A stretch of 64,000 nucleotides of DNA from a virus, in IMG/VR virus record IMGVR_UViG_3300029940_000031; one strand, written 5' to 3'. Under the pieces are notes generated by a model, which did no database searches, was not told where the DNA came from, and saw only the letters and a list, made by a program, of their open reading frames with translations. Below are positions 53,551 to 62,606 of the stretch, in pieces. Numbering within the stretch: the stretch's first letter is position 1; every line of letters begins with the position of its first letter. The translations under genes were made by a program, and so were the position numbers.

Positions 53551-53682
53551 GTGGTGGAGGTTCCTGTAAGGATAAGAAGAGGAACGTATAAAAATAGAGT
53601 TGTAGAAATAGAAAGAGTGGATTCCTTCTAAGAGTAAGGATTCCCCTTTTTCATTGCTACTGATAATGATGCGTTATGTTAA
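53551..53682. repeat. Cassette-boundary repeat, copy C (orphan, with internal insertion)
   Basis: GTGGTGGAGGTTCCTGTAAGG ... GAGTAAGGATTCCCCTTTTTCATTGCTACTGATAATGATGCGTTATGTTAA parallels copy A. Confidence 0.7.
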
Positions 53683-53769
53683 CTGCATATGTATAGAGTA
53701 TACAGTCAAAAAAGCACAATACATCGCTTCTTCTAAATGGTACAATTAGGGAAAGAGGGGTGGAAGAAT

Positions 53770-53958
53770 ATGTATGATTACAAATTTGTGAAAGTCGAAA
53801 TGGATGGATGGAAAGGGCAACCCAAAGAAGATTATAAGCGTATTATTATAGAACATGCTGAAGATGGTTGGGAATTTGTTCAAGTCCTTACTCTAACACT
53901 TGCAGGATATACGACTTCTTTGGAGATTATCTTCAAACGAACCAAAGAACTTCTTTAA
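53770..53958 (+). CDS. Small protein, DUF4177-like
   Basis: MYDYKFVKVEM...IIEHAEDGWEFVQV; GAGGGGTGG RBS before ATG 53770. Confidence 0.55.
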   Translation: MYDYKFVKVEMDGWKGQPKEDYKRIIIEHAEDGWEFVQVLTLTLAGYTTSLEIIFKRTKELL

Positions 53959-54152
53959 AAAACGAAAGAAGTTTGCCTTAAATAACATACAAAAAGAACT
54001 GGAGTATTTTGGAATCTAATAGTTCTCGATTTAACTTATAAGACAAATAAGCTAATATTAATCAACTCCCAATAACGAAAGTTATGTACATAAGATAGTG
54101 ATTGTAGTAAGAGTATAACTACATAAAAAATAAGCCCTACAAAAAGTAGGGA

Positions 54153-54419
54153 TTATTTTTTATCAGAAACTATGTCATTTAGAATGTTCTGCTCATGTGC
54201 ATTCAATTTATTAGCAATGTAGTAATCCAATATTTCATCAATAAGCTCATAATTTTTCATGTCTTTCATTGTGCAAATGGTCTTTATTTTATTAAGTGTT
54301 TCAGGCGATACTTTTATATTTTTTCTGTCTGCTGCTGACAATGAATTCTTTTTCTTTGTCGCAGGATTATCTTGAACAGGTGTCACAGTCACTAAGTATT
54401 TTTTATCCAAATTGACCAC
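54153..54419 (-). CDS. Paralog of the centromere-binding protein C-terminal domain
   Basis: IKVSPETLNKIK...YELIDEILDYYIANKL parallels IKISNQSKEELE...YEIIDLLIDRYVENEL of 54533-54907; start GTG 54419 or TTG 54410. Confidence 0.55.
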   Translation of the reverse strand: MVNLDKKYLVTVTPVQDNPATKKKNSLSAADRKNIKVSPETLNKIKTICTMKDMKNYELIDEILDYYIANKLNAHEQNILNDIVSDKK

Positions 54420-54483
54420 TCCTATTTAGTATATTATCCCAAACTATTAAAACTAATTTGCGTATCTTATGTAGAGAGAAAAG

Positions 54484-54531
54484 TGGAAATATAGAAATAT
54501 CCCTATTTCTAAATAGGGATATTTCTATATT
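54484..54531. repeat. Perfect 20-bp-arm palindrome of the par iteron motif
   Basis: ATATAGAAATATCCCTATTT-CT-AAATAGGGATATTTCTATAT. Confidence 0.9.
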
Positions 54532-54532
54532 T

Positions 54533-54907
54533 TTAAATCTCTGTTAATAGCTTGAATTTTCTTTTCTGTTCAGGCGTTAGCTCATTTTCTACATAGCGAT
54601 CTATAAGTAAATCGATGATTTCATAAGCGAATTTTGTGTTTGTAAGTTTCATTAATACTTCTAGTTCTTCTTTTGATTGATTAGAAATTTTAATGCTGCC
54701 TTGCTGATTTTTAAATTTCTTTTTTGATTCAGTTTTTTCGTTTCTTTTTTCTTTTCGAGTTACTTGTTTTTCTTCAGACTTAGGTTGAGAAGGAGTAACT
54801 GGAACCTCGTTATTTTCCACCGTAGCTTGTCCTTGCTCTGGTACATAAGGCTCAGTAGGTTCAAAGTTACTTTTCTTTCTACCTAATAAACCAGGAGTTC
54901 TCGCCAT
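54533..54907 (-). CDS. Partition centromere-binding protein (ParB-function analog, small type Ib-like)
   Basis: Starts 2 nt after the ParA stop; basic disordered N-terminus plus small helical C-terminal domain. Confidence 0.6.
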   Translation of the reverse strand: MARTPGLLGRKKSNFEPTEPYVPEQGQATVENNEVPVTPSQPKSEEKQVTRKEKRNEKTESKKKFKNQQGSIKISNQSKEELEVLMKLTNTKFAYEIIDLLIDRYVENELTPEQKRKFKLLTEI

Positions 54908-54908
54908 T

Positions 54909-55730
54909 TTAAACACCAACCTTCATTTTTTCAAACATATCAATACGAGATAATAATTCATCACTAATTGTTTCGTATAGTTCAATTACATTCATATCAT
55001 GTCTATCTTTTTCAGTGATACCATTAACATCAAATCGTTTAATACGCTCCATTTGAGGAACGATGTTTTTGAATAGGTTTTCTTCACCGAAAATTTCACG
55101 TGCATTTTCCATGATATATTCGTCAACCTTACCGTTATTTTTTAATAGAACAGGAAGAATACCGACTACTTCAATATCAAGATCATATTGTTCTTTTAAC
55201 TTGATAAGCTCATTAACATAATTCTCAGCGCCAGTAAGAGAACGTTCTTGTGTTTGTAGAGCGATTAGAACATAATCAGAAGCTACAACGGCGTTCTTTG
55301 TAACTTCTAATGACATTGGAGGAACATCGATAAATATGTAGTCGTATTTATGCTTTATCTTTTCAAGCAATCCTCGGAAGTAATGATCTTCTTCAGCTTC
55401 CGAAGAACAATTTTTATAAAGGAATTTTGCGAAGTCCTGGAAATCAACGTAAGAAGGAATTAAATATAAGTTATCCGTAATTTCTACTTCTAAGCCATCC
55501 AAGTTCCCCTCTTGTATCCCTTTCATTAATGTTTTTTCAACAGTAACGATTTCATCAGGGTTAAGGATTGATTTTGTTAACATTAAAGATTTTGTTGCGT
55601 TACTTTGTGGATCAAGATCAACGAGTAATGTACGCTTACCTTTTTTAGCAAATTCATAAGAGTTCAATACAGCATTTGTGGTTTTACCGACTCCACCTTT
55701 GTAATTACCTACAGTAATTGTAATGGCCAT
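54909..55730 (-). CDS. parA: ParA/Soj-family partition ATPase
   Basis: Deviant Walker A GNYKGGVGKTT; LVDLDPQSN; GGAGTG RBS before ATG 55730. Confidence 0.9.
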   Translation of the reverse strand: MAITITVGNYKGGVGKTTNAVLNSYEFAKKGKRTLLVDLDPQSNATKSLMLTKSILNPDEIVTVEKTLMKGIQEGNLDGLEVEITDNLYLIPSYVDFQDFAKFLYKNCSSEAEEDHYFRGLLEKIKHKYDYIFIDVPPMSLEVTKNAVVASDYVLIALQTQERSLTGAENYVNELIKLKEQYDLDIEVVGILPVLLKNNGKVDEYIMENAREIFGEENLFKNIVPQMERIKRFDVNGITEKDRHDMNVIELYETISDELLSRIDMFEKMKVGV

Positions 55731-55759
55731 TTTTAACACTCCAGTTATAGTTTTTGAAA

Positions 55760-55850
55760 TTTCCCTATATCCCTTTATAGAAATAGGGAAAAATAGAAAT
55801 AGGGAAATAGGGATATTTCTAACTATAGAAATAGGGATATTTCTATATCT
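55760..55850. repeat. Iteron cluster upstream of parA (candidate centromere/operator)
   Basis: Repeated ATAGAAATAGGGA(A/T)A and ATAGGGATATTTCTAT units. Confidence 0.85.
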
Positions 55851-56019
55851 TTATGAAAATTATAACAATGATGTTTGGGTTATGCAATAGAATCATAGAG
55901 TTAGTAATTAATAACAGAAACGTTGATATTAAAAGATTTTTCAGTTGTATGAAGTATAGAAATTTAAGTAATAAATCTGAATTTTTTTATAGGAGATAGT
56001 AGACGCAAAAATAATAAAA

Positions 56020-56105
56020 ATAGGGAAATATAGATATAGGGAAAAGGGGAAATATCCCTATATCTATAAGTGGAAATAGGGAAATAGGGAAATAGGGATA
56101 TTATT
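56020..56105. repeat. Second iteron cluster
   Basis: AATAGGGAAATATAGATATAGGGAAAAGGGGAAATATCCCTATATCTATAAGTGGAAATAGGGAAATAGGGAAATAGGGATAT. Confidence 0.85.
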
Positions 56106-56495
56106 CAGAAAGTGTGCAAATTCACTGTTTACAAAGGATAATGCTTGTTGTAACGTAGTAAACAACAAGCACCATTCTACAAAACAAAACATAATTTGAT
56201 ATTTTACATAAATGAAGATCATGAAGATTGAACGAGATAAATTAAAGACAATTGAATATGAACACAAAACAAAAAGCCACTCCCGTATGCTAATGGCTAC
56301 CAACCTTTAGCGGGAATGACTTGCTCTAGCAAGTGTACCACCACTTGACTAGAAATTAGCTGTATTAACCCACAGTGTTAACGTTTAAGAAGTGTACCAC
56401 CACTAACCTTAAACAACTATGCCTTTTCACGAGGCTTCTTTGATATACCCATTTTATCTATTGTTTGACTAAAATTCAACTAGTAAATGCTAGAA

Positions 56496-56599
56496 TTGTA
56501 TTTTTTGTAGTCAAAAGATATATAGCGGGCATCTCTAAACCTAGAAGTCTTGTGAATCTACAGGCCATTTAGGAATTGGAGATGCCTTTTTGTTTTTTG
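56496..56599 (+). ncRNA. Candidate about 70-nt small RNA (promoter, long hairpin, U-tract)
   Basis: TTGTAT-17 nt-TATATA (56496-56524), then GGCATCTC...GAGATGCC stem (56528-56586) and TTTTTGTTTTTTG. Confidence 0.35.
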
Positions 56600-57369
56600 T
56601 TCGCGTGGAATTGCCTGATACCACGTAAATAAAAACTGATAAGCCGTAATTTCGTGCTTCTATATAGAGGGAACGTGTTACGTGCGTGGCTAGCTGTTGG
56701 TCGTGCAGGGGGTACAGAGTATGCGCCTACAAAAACAGCACCCCTCATTAGAATCCTGTTCTTCTGGTGAGGGAGGGCGAGAACTTGCCCAGGGACGATT
56801 CCCTAAAAGGTTCGGGAGGTTATCGTTAGCATTACGGTGCTAGGGAGTACATTCAGTTTGTCGTGTAGGGACGATATTACAAGGACAAGCCATAGAAAAA
56901 GGATGTATGCGGTGAAAATCGCTGAGTGAACAGGGTCTATACATACGGATACCTTATAAGTGACCGCATGGCGAAAACAAGACGCTTATCCATCTATTTT
57001 GATCGATTACTTTTTTGTGATCTTTCAAAGTAGGGGATAAATTTGCCTTCCAGCCGTGTTCCATAATCGTTCCCACATGATAAAAACCCTCAAGACCTTC
57101 AGTCAAGCTTAATTACGAAGAAAAGCAGAAAAATATGAGAGTGTTTAACTCATGGGGGAATGAATCACTAAGATAGAGGAATAAATATAGGATTTACTAC
57201 TTTTTTGGTTAGAGGATAAGGGGACGGATGGTAGAATAGGTTTTATTGCAAGATTTGGTTTTACACATCGGATATAGTACGTGAAATTTATAAGGTTAAT
57301 TTCTTGTTTATAGAAATTAATTATTATTTTACAATTGATTAGAAGGATAAAATTTAAGGGGAATATTTT

Positions 57370-58047
57370 ATGACTAATAATCTTATAGAGAAGAATTGGA
57401 TAGATGATTTTATTAAAACAGATGTATTTTCAGAGGCTTTAGGTATGGTATGGCGTAATGGTTATGAATCAGGAGGTTATTTTCAATTCACTCATAAGTC
57501 ACAAGTGATAGTAAAAAAGTTTGCTGATTTCTTTGGGAAAGAAACAAGATCAAGATATTGTGAAGATAAAGGGTATGTGGAATGGTATATGTCTATGAAT
57601 AGTGACCATCCATTTATTACAAAGGTAAAAGAATTTGGTTGGACACCGATACGAGGAAAATCTAGGTTATTTCCTAAAGGTGAGTTTAATAAAAAAATAT
57701 TCATTAAAAAATATGTTTTATTGAGGCATGAACTTGGCACGATCAAAGTTAAACGACCTAAAAATAAAATTTATGTTAGACCACGCTTTCGTATTCATGG
57801 GTCTGAAGATATCTTGGAGCATTTAAATAATTTTATGTTTGAAGAATTAGGCATTAAGAAGAAAAAATTACAAACTGACGGGAAAATACCAAAAGCAAAA
57901 ATTTTATATTTTCAATCTTACAAAGATATAGAGAGTATTTTGATATATATTGGAGCTTCAGAGACATTAGAAACGTTGTATTCGTTCGATTTAGGATTTC
58001 ATGATGCTGAAGATGAAGAATTTAAGAAGACCGATCTAGGGAAATAA
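57370..58047 (+). CDS. Hypothetical protein with degenerate double LAGLIDADG-like layout
   Basis: EALGMVWRNGYESGGYF and YVLLRHELGTIKV as degenerate motif helices; KVKEFGWTPIRGKSRLFPKG and LNNFMFEELGIKKK resemble homing-endonuclease/intein DOD spacing; weak. Confidence 0.4.
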   Translation: MTNNLIEKNWIDDFIKTDVFSEALGMVWRNGYESGGYFQFTHKSQVIVKKFADFFGKETRSRYCEDKGYVEWYMSMNSDHPFITKVKEFGWTPIRGKSRLFPKGEFNKKIFIKKYVLLRHELGTIKVKRPKNKIYVRPRFRIHGSEDILEHLNNFMFEELGIKKKKLQTDGKIPKAKILYFQSYKDIESILIYIGASETLETLYSFDLGFHDAEDEEFKKTDLGK

Positions 58048-58201
58048 GTAGGTTTTTAGGAGGGGTATTACTATCTCATTGGATAAAAATTTAACATTTT
58101 ATGATTATAAGAATAGTTTTCAACTTTTAATCTAATGTAAAGTTAGTGAGAGGTTTATTTTATATCAAAATGTTAATTAAAAAAGAGTTAGAAGTGATTA
58201 T

Positions 58202-58381
58202 TTGAATAAATTAATATTATTGTCTTTATTGGCTACATTTTGTTTAAATATCGCAGGATGTTCTAATGATATGGCTATACCAAGGGATAATGCTAAATTC
58301 TCAACACCTAAGAAGGTTAAATGCATTAACAAAGCATGGTACAAAAAACATATGTTAGGTAATAGTTTAAAGAAACTTTAA
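58202..58381 (+). CDS. Small lipoprotein (59 aa, TTG start)
   Basis: Lipobox CLNIAGCS; below the ORF-track cutoff; weak RBS. Confidence 0.35.
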   Translation: MNKLILLSLLATFCLNIAGCSNDMAIPRDNAKFSTPKKVKCINKAWYKKHMLGNSLKKL

Positions 58382-58537
58382 ATGGTGGATGATAAAGATT
58401 ATAAGAGAACAATAACAATATATTAATCATAATATTTTTATAATATGATTAATATCTATAAATTTATCTAAAAAGACTATCAGTAATGGTGGAATGTGGT
58501 GGAGTTTCTCTTAAAATATTGAAATTACTTTTTATGA

Positions 58538-58590
58538 AGAAAAGACACCTTAAGGTGCCTTCCCCCGACTTGAATTATTTTAACTTTAAA
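58538..58590. repeat. Dispersed repeat, copy e3 (partial)
   Basis: GAAAAGACACC-TTA-AGGTGCCTTCCCCCGACTTGAATTATTTTAAC. Confidence 0.75.
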
Positions 58591-58723
58591 TCGTATCATT
58601 TTTCAAATTATAATAAAATCTTTTTATTTCATATAAATATATAGCATTTAATATAAAAATATGACATTATATAACATGAATTTCTATTTTATTTAATATT
58701 TTTCCAAAGGAGGAAGATTTATC

Positions 58724-60328
58724 TTGAAGAAGTTGTTTTCATTTTTACTATTTGTATTTGTAATCTTTTCAGCGAACAATATTTCATTTGCTGATGAGGT
58801 TATACCATTTAACAAATCATTCTTTGCATATAACGAGCCAAAGTTTACATCTGCAAAGGGAAATGGTGGAGCTCAATATGGACCTCAAAAAGCTCTAACT
58901 GTAAAAGAGAAGCGTTCAAATGGTTGGTGGAAGATAGGAACTTGGGAAGGTGATAAGTGGATTAATGCCGATGGGGAACTTCAATACTTTGATAAACCAT
59001 TTTTAGCATTCTATGAACCTTCATTTTCGTCTCAAAAAGGTAATATGGAAATACCGTATAGCCCTACTACTGTTAGAGTAATTGATGGAAATACAGCGGG
59101 ATGGTTAAAGTTTCAATCTTGGGAAGGCGACAAATGGATGTATCCAGGTGTTGCAGAGACGGCAGCACTTAATAAAAATTTCTATAGCTATAATGAACCG
59201 TCGCTTATAGCAACTAAAGGAGCAGGTGGAAGTCAATTTGGTCCTCAAAAATTCTTACCAGTATTAGAAAAACGTTCTGATGGTTGGTGGAAAGTAATTA
59301 CATATGAAGGTCATAAATGGATTGCTCCTGACGGAATCAAAATGCCAGTGAATGCTAATTTTACTACTTTTGATGAGCCTTATTTAGAAGCTAAAAAAAG
59401 TTCTGTGTTTGGTCCTCAAAAAAATTTAGTTGCCTATGATGGAAAAAAGACAGAGCAGGGAGATTTTTATCTAGTTGGTACATATTTGGGACAGAAATGG
59501 ATGTCACTTAATGCTGAAAAAGAGTTCAATGAAAAAAGGGAACCTCTCCGTCAGGCATTAGGTTACAATGAAAATGATATTGGACCAGATAAAACACCTC
59601 AACAAAGAGTTGCAGAAGTAAAAGCTTCTTTAAGAGCACAAGGACTTGATGATAAATTTGAGGCTGTAAGAATACCTACAGAAGAAGAAAAAGCTGAGTT
59701 TTTAAGAAAAGAAGCAGAAAAACAACAGAATCCAAAGCAAGGCGTAGCACGTGCTGGAACAGTAACTTCATCTTGGAACATACCAGATGATTGGGTGCAA
59801 AAAGGTGACATTGTTGTTACACCAGACTCTAACTACGGTATTACAGGACATTCGGGTATTATCGGTAAAGACTTCACTGAAACACAAGGATTCTCGGGTG
59901 CTAATAAAGGAGAATATCTATTAGTACATGCACCAGGAACATCAGCATCGCCTGCAATCAAAATAATGCCTTTATCAAAATGGGAGTTTATCCATAAGGG
60001 AAATCAGGAATACTCTAACTTTGTATATTTAAGGTATAAAAAAGATAAGGGAGCTGCATTTAGAGCTGCTGATTATGCGTATAATCATTTCTATCAGAAT
60101 GGATCTAAATATCGATACGATATTTTTGGAACTTCTGCAAAGAGTAACGATTATAAAACATATTGTTCTAAATTAGTTTACTTATCATTCAGAGATGGAG
60201 CAGGAGTAGATTTCTTCCCAGTAAGTAATTTCTATATTGTACATCCTTATGATTTCTTACGTCCAATGCCAGCTGCGCTTGGATTAAGACCTTATTTCTT
60301 TGGTAAGGGTGGAATGTGGTGGGGTTAA
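58724..60328 (+). CDS. Secreted cell-wall hydrolase: four SH3-like repeats plus permuted papain-like (C92/YiiX-type) domain
   Basis: Signal peptide; four F(F/L/Y)xYNEP...GPQK...GWWK...WEGDKW repeats; C-terminal GDIVVTPDS...GHSGIIG (His) then YCSKLVY (Cys). Confidence 0.7.
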   Translation: MKKLFSFLLFVFVIFSANNISFADEVIPFNKSFFAYNEPKFTSAKGNGGAQYGPQKALTVKEKRSNGWWKIGTWEGDKWINADGELQYFDKPFLAFYEPSFSSQKGNMEIPYSPTTVRVIDGNTAGWLKFQSWEGDKWMYPGVAETAALNKNFYSYNEPSLIATKGAGGSQFGPQKFLPVLEKRSDGWWKVITYEGHKWIAPDGIKMPVNANFTTFDEPYLEAKKSSVFGPQKNLVAYDGKKTEQGDFYLVGTYLGQKWMSLNAEKEFNEKREPLRQALGYNENDIGPDKTPQQRVAEVKASLRAQGLDDKFEAVRIPTEEEKAEFLRKEAEKQQNPKQGVARAGTVTSSWNIPDDWVQKGDIVVTPDSNYGITGHSGIIGKDFTETQGFSGANKGEYLLVHAPGTSASPAIKIMPLSKWEFIHKGNQEYSNFVYLRYKKDKGAAFRAADYAYNHFYQNGSKYRYDIFGTSAKSNDYKTYCSKLVYLSFRDGAGVDFFPVSNFYIVHPYDFLRPMPAALGLRPYFFGKGGMWWG

Positions 60329-60392
60329 AATATAACTCTATCATATAAAATATAAAAATGTCCTACATAAAATGTAGGACATTTTTTATTTT

Positions 60393-60430
60393 AAAAAAGC
60401 CATCCTAAGATATCTTCCTCCGACTGGATT
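60393..60430. repeat. Dispersed repeat, copy e4 (degenerate)
   Basis: AAAAAAGCCATCCTAAGATATCTTCCTCCGACTGGATT. Confidence 0.55.
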
Positions 60431-60439
60431 AAATATTAA

Positions 60440-60787
60440 TCAGTTTAGTTCGTCGTGTTTTCCTTGTTCGTCATGATCTTGTCCAAATTCAATTTTGCCA
60501 GTATGAGGATTATCCCAACGTACGTATTTGTACCATATGTTTGGTTCATCTTTAAATATAACATGTGCTCCATATTGAGTTTGTTTACTATCAAAAAAAG
60601 GTTTAATTTCTAAAACATCTGACTTTGCGTACCCTTTTTCTTCTAGATGCCACATTATACCTATAATGGCTTCTTCTCTTAATTTCGAATCACCTGTAAT
60701 AAAATAACGATCTATTATTCCTTTTCCGATTATAAATAAACCAATTATAAGTAATACAGATGTAATTATAAGAGCCCTTTTTTGCAT
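60440..60787 (-). CDS. Membrane-anchored small protein (DUF3139-like)
   Basis: N-terminal TM ALIITSVLLIIGLFIIG; ...YGAHVIFKDEPNIWYKY... pattern common in Bacillus small anchored proteins; by recall. Confidence 0.6.
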   Translation of the reverse strand: MQKRALIITSVLLIIGLFIIGKGIIDRYFITGDSKLREEAIIGIMWHLEEKGYAKSDVLEIKPFFDSKQTQYGAHVIFKDEPNIWYKYVRWDNPHTGKIEFGQDHDEQGKHDELN

Positions 60788-60867
60788 GTATAAATATCCT
60801 CCTTATTTTAATTTATCCTTTATATAATAATAAGGGAATTGTACTGTAAAATATAGATTTAAGAATA

Positions 60868-60925
60868 AGAAAAGACACCCTAAGATGCCTTCCTCCGACT
60901 TGAACCATCTTAATTTTATTATGTT
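60868..60925. repeat. Dispersed repeat, copy e5 (partial)
   Basis: GAAAAGACACCCTAAGATGCCTTCCTCCGACTTGAACCATCTTAATTTTATT. Confidence 0.8.
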
Positions 60926-61609
60926 GTTATTATATAAGAAAAGAAGACATCGATTAAGATGTCTTCTTTTACTGGTAAACTTGGTGTTAAGAAGGTATTG
61001 TATTGCTTGAAAACCATAAAAAATATAACAATCATCGAGTAAACCTATTATAGCATCAATAAATAGAGTTTTTATATGCATTTTTACATATATATAGATT
61101 TATCTATATTTTATCTATATAGTTAAATTGTCTGTTTCTTGTTTTAATTCGTTTATTTATTTTGAGTGCTCCAGTAATGGAGCCTTTTTTTATGCAATAA
61201 AACATTTTCTTACCATTACTTAGTTGGTCTATATTAACTTTATCCTCTTAAATTATATCTATATTTTACCAAATACTTATATAGATAACCAGTTTTTTCT
61301 AATAATCTAATCAATTGATAATTTTAATGTTATTTGTTAATCCTTATAGGAAAATTTATCATGCAATGAAAATTTAGAAATTAAGAATTATAAAAACTCA
61401 TAGTATCTTTGGGAAAAACATATTTATAATTTGTATATTAATATGTTATAATTTGATTTCTAAAACTACCCAAAAAGGACTGCCAGTAATGGTGGTCTTT
61501 TTTATATTGGTGAGATTTTACTAGTATGATAGAATAGGATTAACTGTATATTGTGAGGGTGATTGGTTATCCCTTCTTTCCATTTGGAAGGAAAGGGGGT
61601 GATATACCT

Positions 61610-61765
61610 ATGGAGTTTTTGTTTGAGCTTCTAAAAGAATTTGTGAAAGCCATTGTACGTGAAGTTTCTGCGTATGTTTTTAGGAAACAAATTTTAGAAA
61701 AAGATAACAAAAAACCCACTCCTCGTCGCCGTCCAAAGCAAAAGGGTGGGTTTCGTAAAAAATAA
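61610..61765 (+). CDS. Small protein (51 aa) with amphipathic N-terminus and very basic tail
   Basis: GGGGGTGA RBS; MEFLFELLKEFVKAIVREV...KKPTPRRRPKQKGGFRKK; terminator AGAAGAGATG-loop-CATCTCTTCT follows. Confidence 0.45.
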   Translation: MEFLFELLKEFVKAIVREVSAYVFRKQILEKDNKKPTPRRRPKQKGGFRKK

Positions 61766-61967
61766 ATGATATAACCACCACCCTGACGGTAGCAGTTATT
61801 AGAAGAGATGTTAGCGCATCTCTTCTTTTATTATATACACAAGCTATTACTGTAATACTACTACAGCAATTATATCAAATGTACATAAAAAATCAATGAG
61901 CACGTAATAGATATAATGTACAAAAGAAAAGATACGCAAAGGTGCCTTTTTTCAATTTATTACATCC

Positions 61968-62411
61968 CTAATTGATTGTAAATAGATTTGAATACGTGAA
62001 TTCACCACGATATTTAATTGCAGCCACATAAGTACCACTTGTATAGCTATCTGTGATAGGGGTTTGCCAAATTTCTGTTCCAGGAATAAATTCCGGTTCT
62101 ATTGTTTGGAATCGTTCTAGGGTACCATTTGTGTGGATTTTAAAAATTTTCATTTGCGCACCAAAATGTTCTCTACCAAAGTGCTGTGTTAAGTAAAATG
62201 TATCACCAGTTATTAAATTCTTAATCTTCCAATCTGGTTGATATGTACTTTCCTCTGAATTTTGTAAATCCACAATGGTTTTAAATCCCCAATCATCATT
62301 AAGTGGATCTGAGTAAGCTGCAGCTGCTTGTGAGGTAGGCTTACTCATTTCTATTGCAGTAAAACCGCTAAAAGTTAACGCACCAATTAATGCTAATTTT
62401 CCTAACTTCAT
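61968..62411 (-). CDS. Secreted protein, paralog 1
   Basis: Signal MKLGKLALIGALTFSGFTAIEMSKPTSQAAAAY; shares ends and GAxMKIFK core with 62607-63077. Confidence 0.7.
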   Translation of the reverse strand: MKLGKLALIGALTFSGFTAIEMSKPTSQAAAAYSDPLNDDWGFKTIVDLQNSEESTYQPDWKIKNLITGDTFYLTQHFGREHFGAQMKIFKIHTNGTLERFQTIEPEFIPGTEIWQTPITDSYTSGTYVAAIKYRGEFTYSNLFTIN

Positions 62412-62522
62412 TATTGTTTCCCCCTATTAATTTTTGTAAGTTTTAAAACCAGAAATCATACACACATAATAATATAATCCACTGTATTATATTTCAAATA
62501 TTTTCTAAAAAAATCCATAAAT

Positions 62523-62570
62523 AAAAAGGCACCTTTGGGGTGCCTTCCTGTGACTTGAACCACTTTATCA
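62523..62570. repeat. Dispersed repeat, copy e6 (partial)
   Basis: AAAAAGGCACC-TTTGG-GGTGCCTTCCTGTGACTTGAACCACTTTATC. Confidence 0.75.
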
Positions 62571-62606
62571 TTACAATAAAGATGGCGTTTACAAGGATAA
62601 TTGTTA

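Noticed and set aside
54484-56105. Dense short repeats considered as a CRISPR array
   Set aside because: The units are 10-20 bp, contiguous or irregularly spaced, and partly inverted. There are no uniform 25-40 bp spacers and no cas genes. The position flanking parA fits centromere or operator iterons.
56064-56303. 79-aa minus-strand ORF
   Set aside because: It starts within the non-coding region and ends inside the iteron cluster. It has no RBS and a hydrophobic AT-driven sequence.
56330-56405. T-box-like GGTGGTAC core on the minus strand of the AAGTGTACCACCAC repeats
   Set aside because: Only an 8-nt core matches the T-box consensus. There is no specifier loop, no terminator/antiterminator architecture and no downstream aminoacyl-tRNA-related gene.
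56680-58200. Group II intron (GTGCG at 56680) or group I intron hosting the LAGLIDADG-like ORF
   Set aside because: No domain V-like GAGCCGTAT...ACGGTTC element occurs before or after the ORF. No flanking exon reading frame exists, and the 3' side of the ORF is AT-rich and unstructured.
58488-58502. 15-nt match (GGTGGAATGTGGTGG) to the 3' end of the hydrolase gene at 60310
   Set aside because: An exact 15-mer match within 64 kb is near chance expectation and no flanking similarity supports it. The 19-mer WWKFW repeat, by contrast, does have flanking support.
60803-61081. 92-aa minus-strand ORF
   Set aside because: It spans dispersed repeat e5 and AT-rich spacer, with no RBS.
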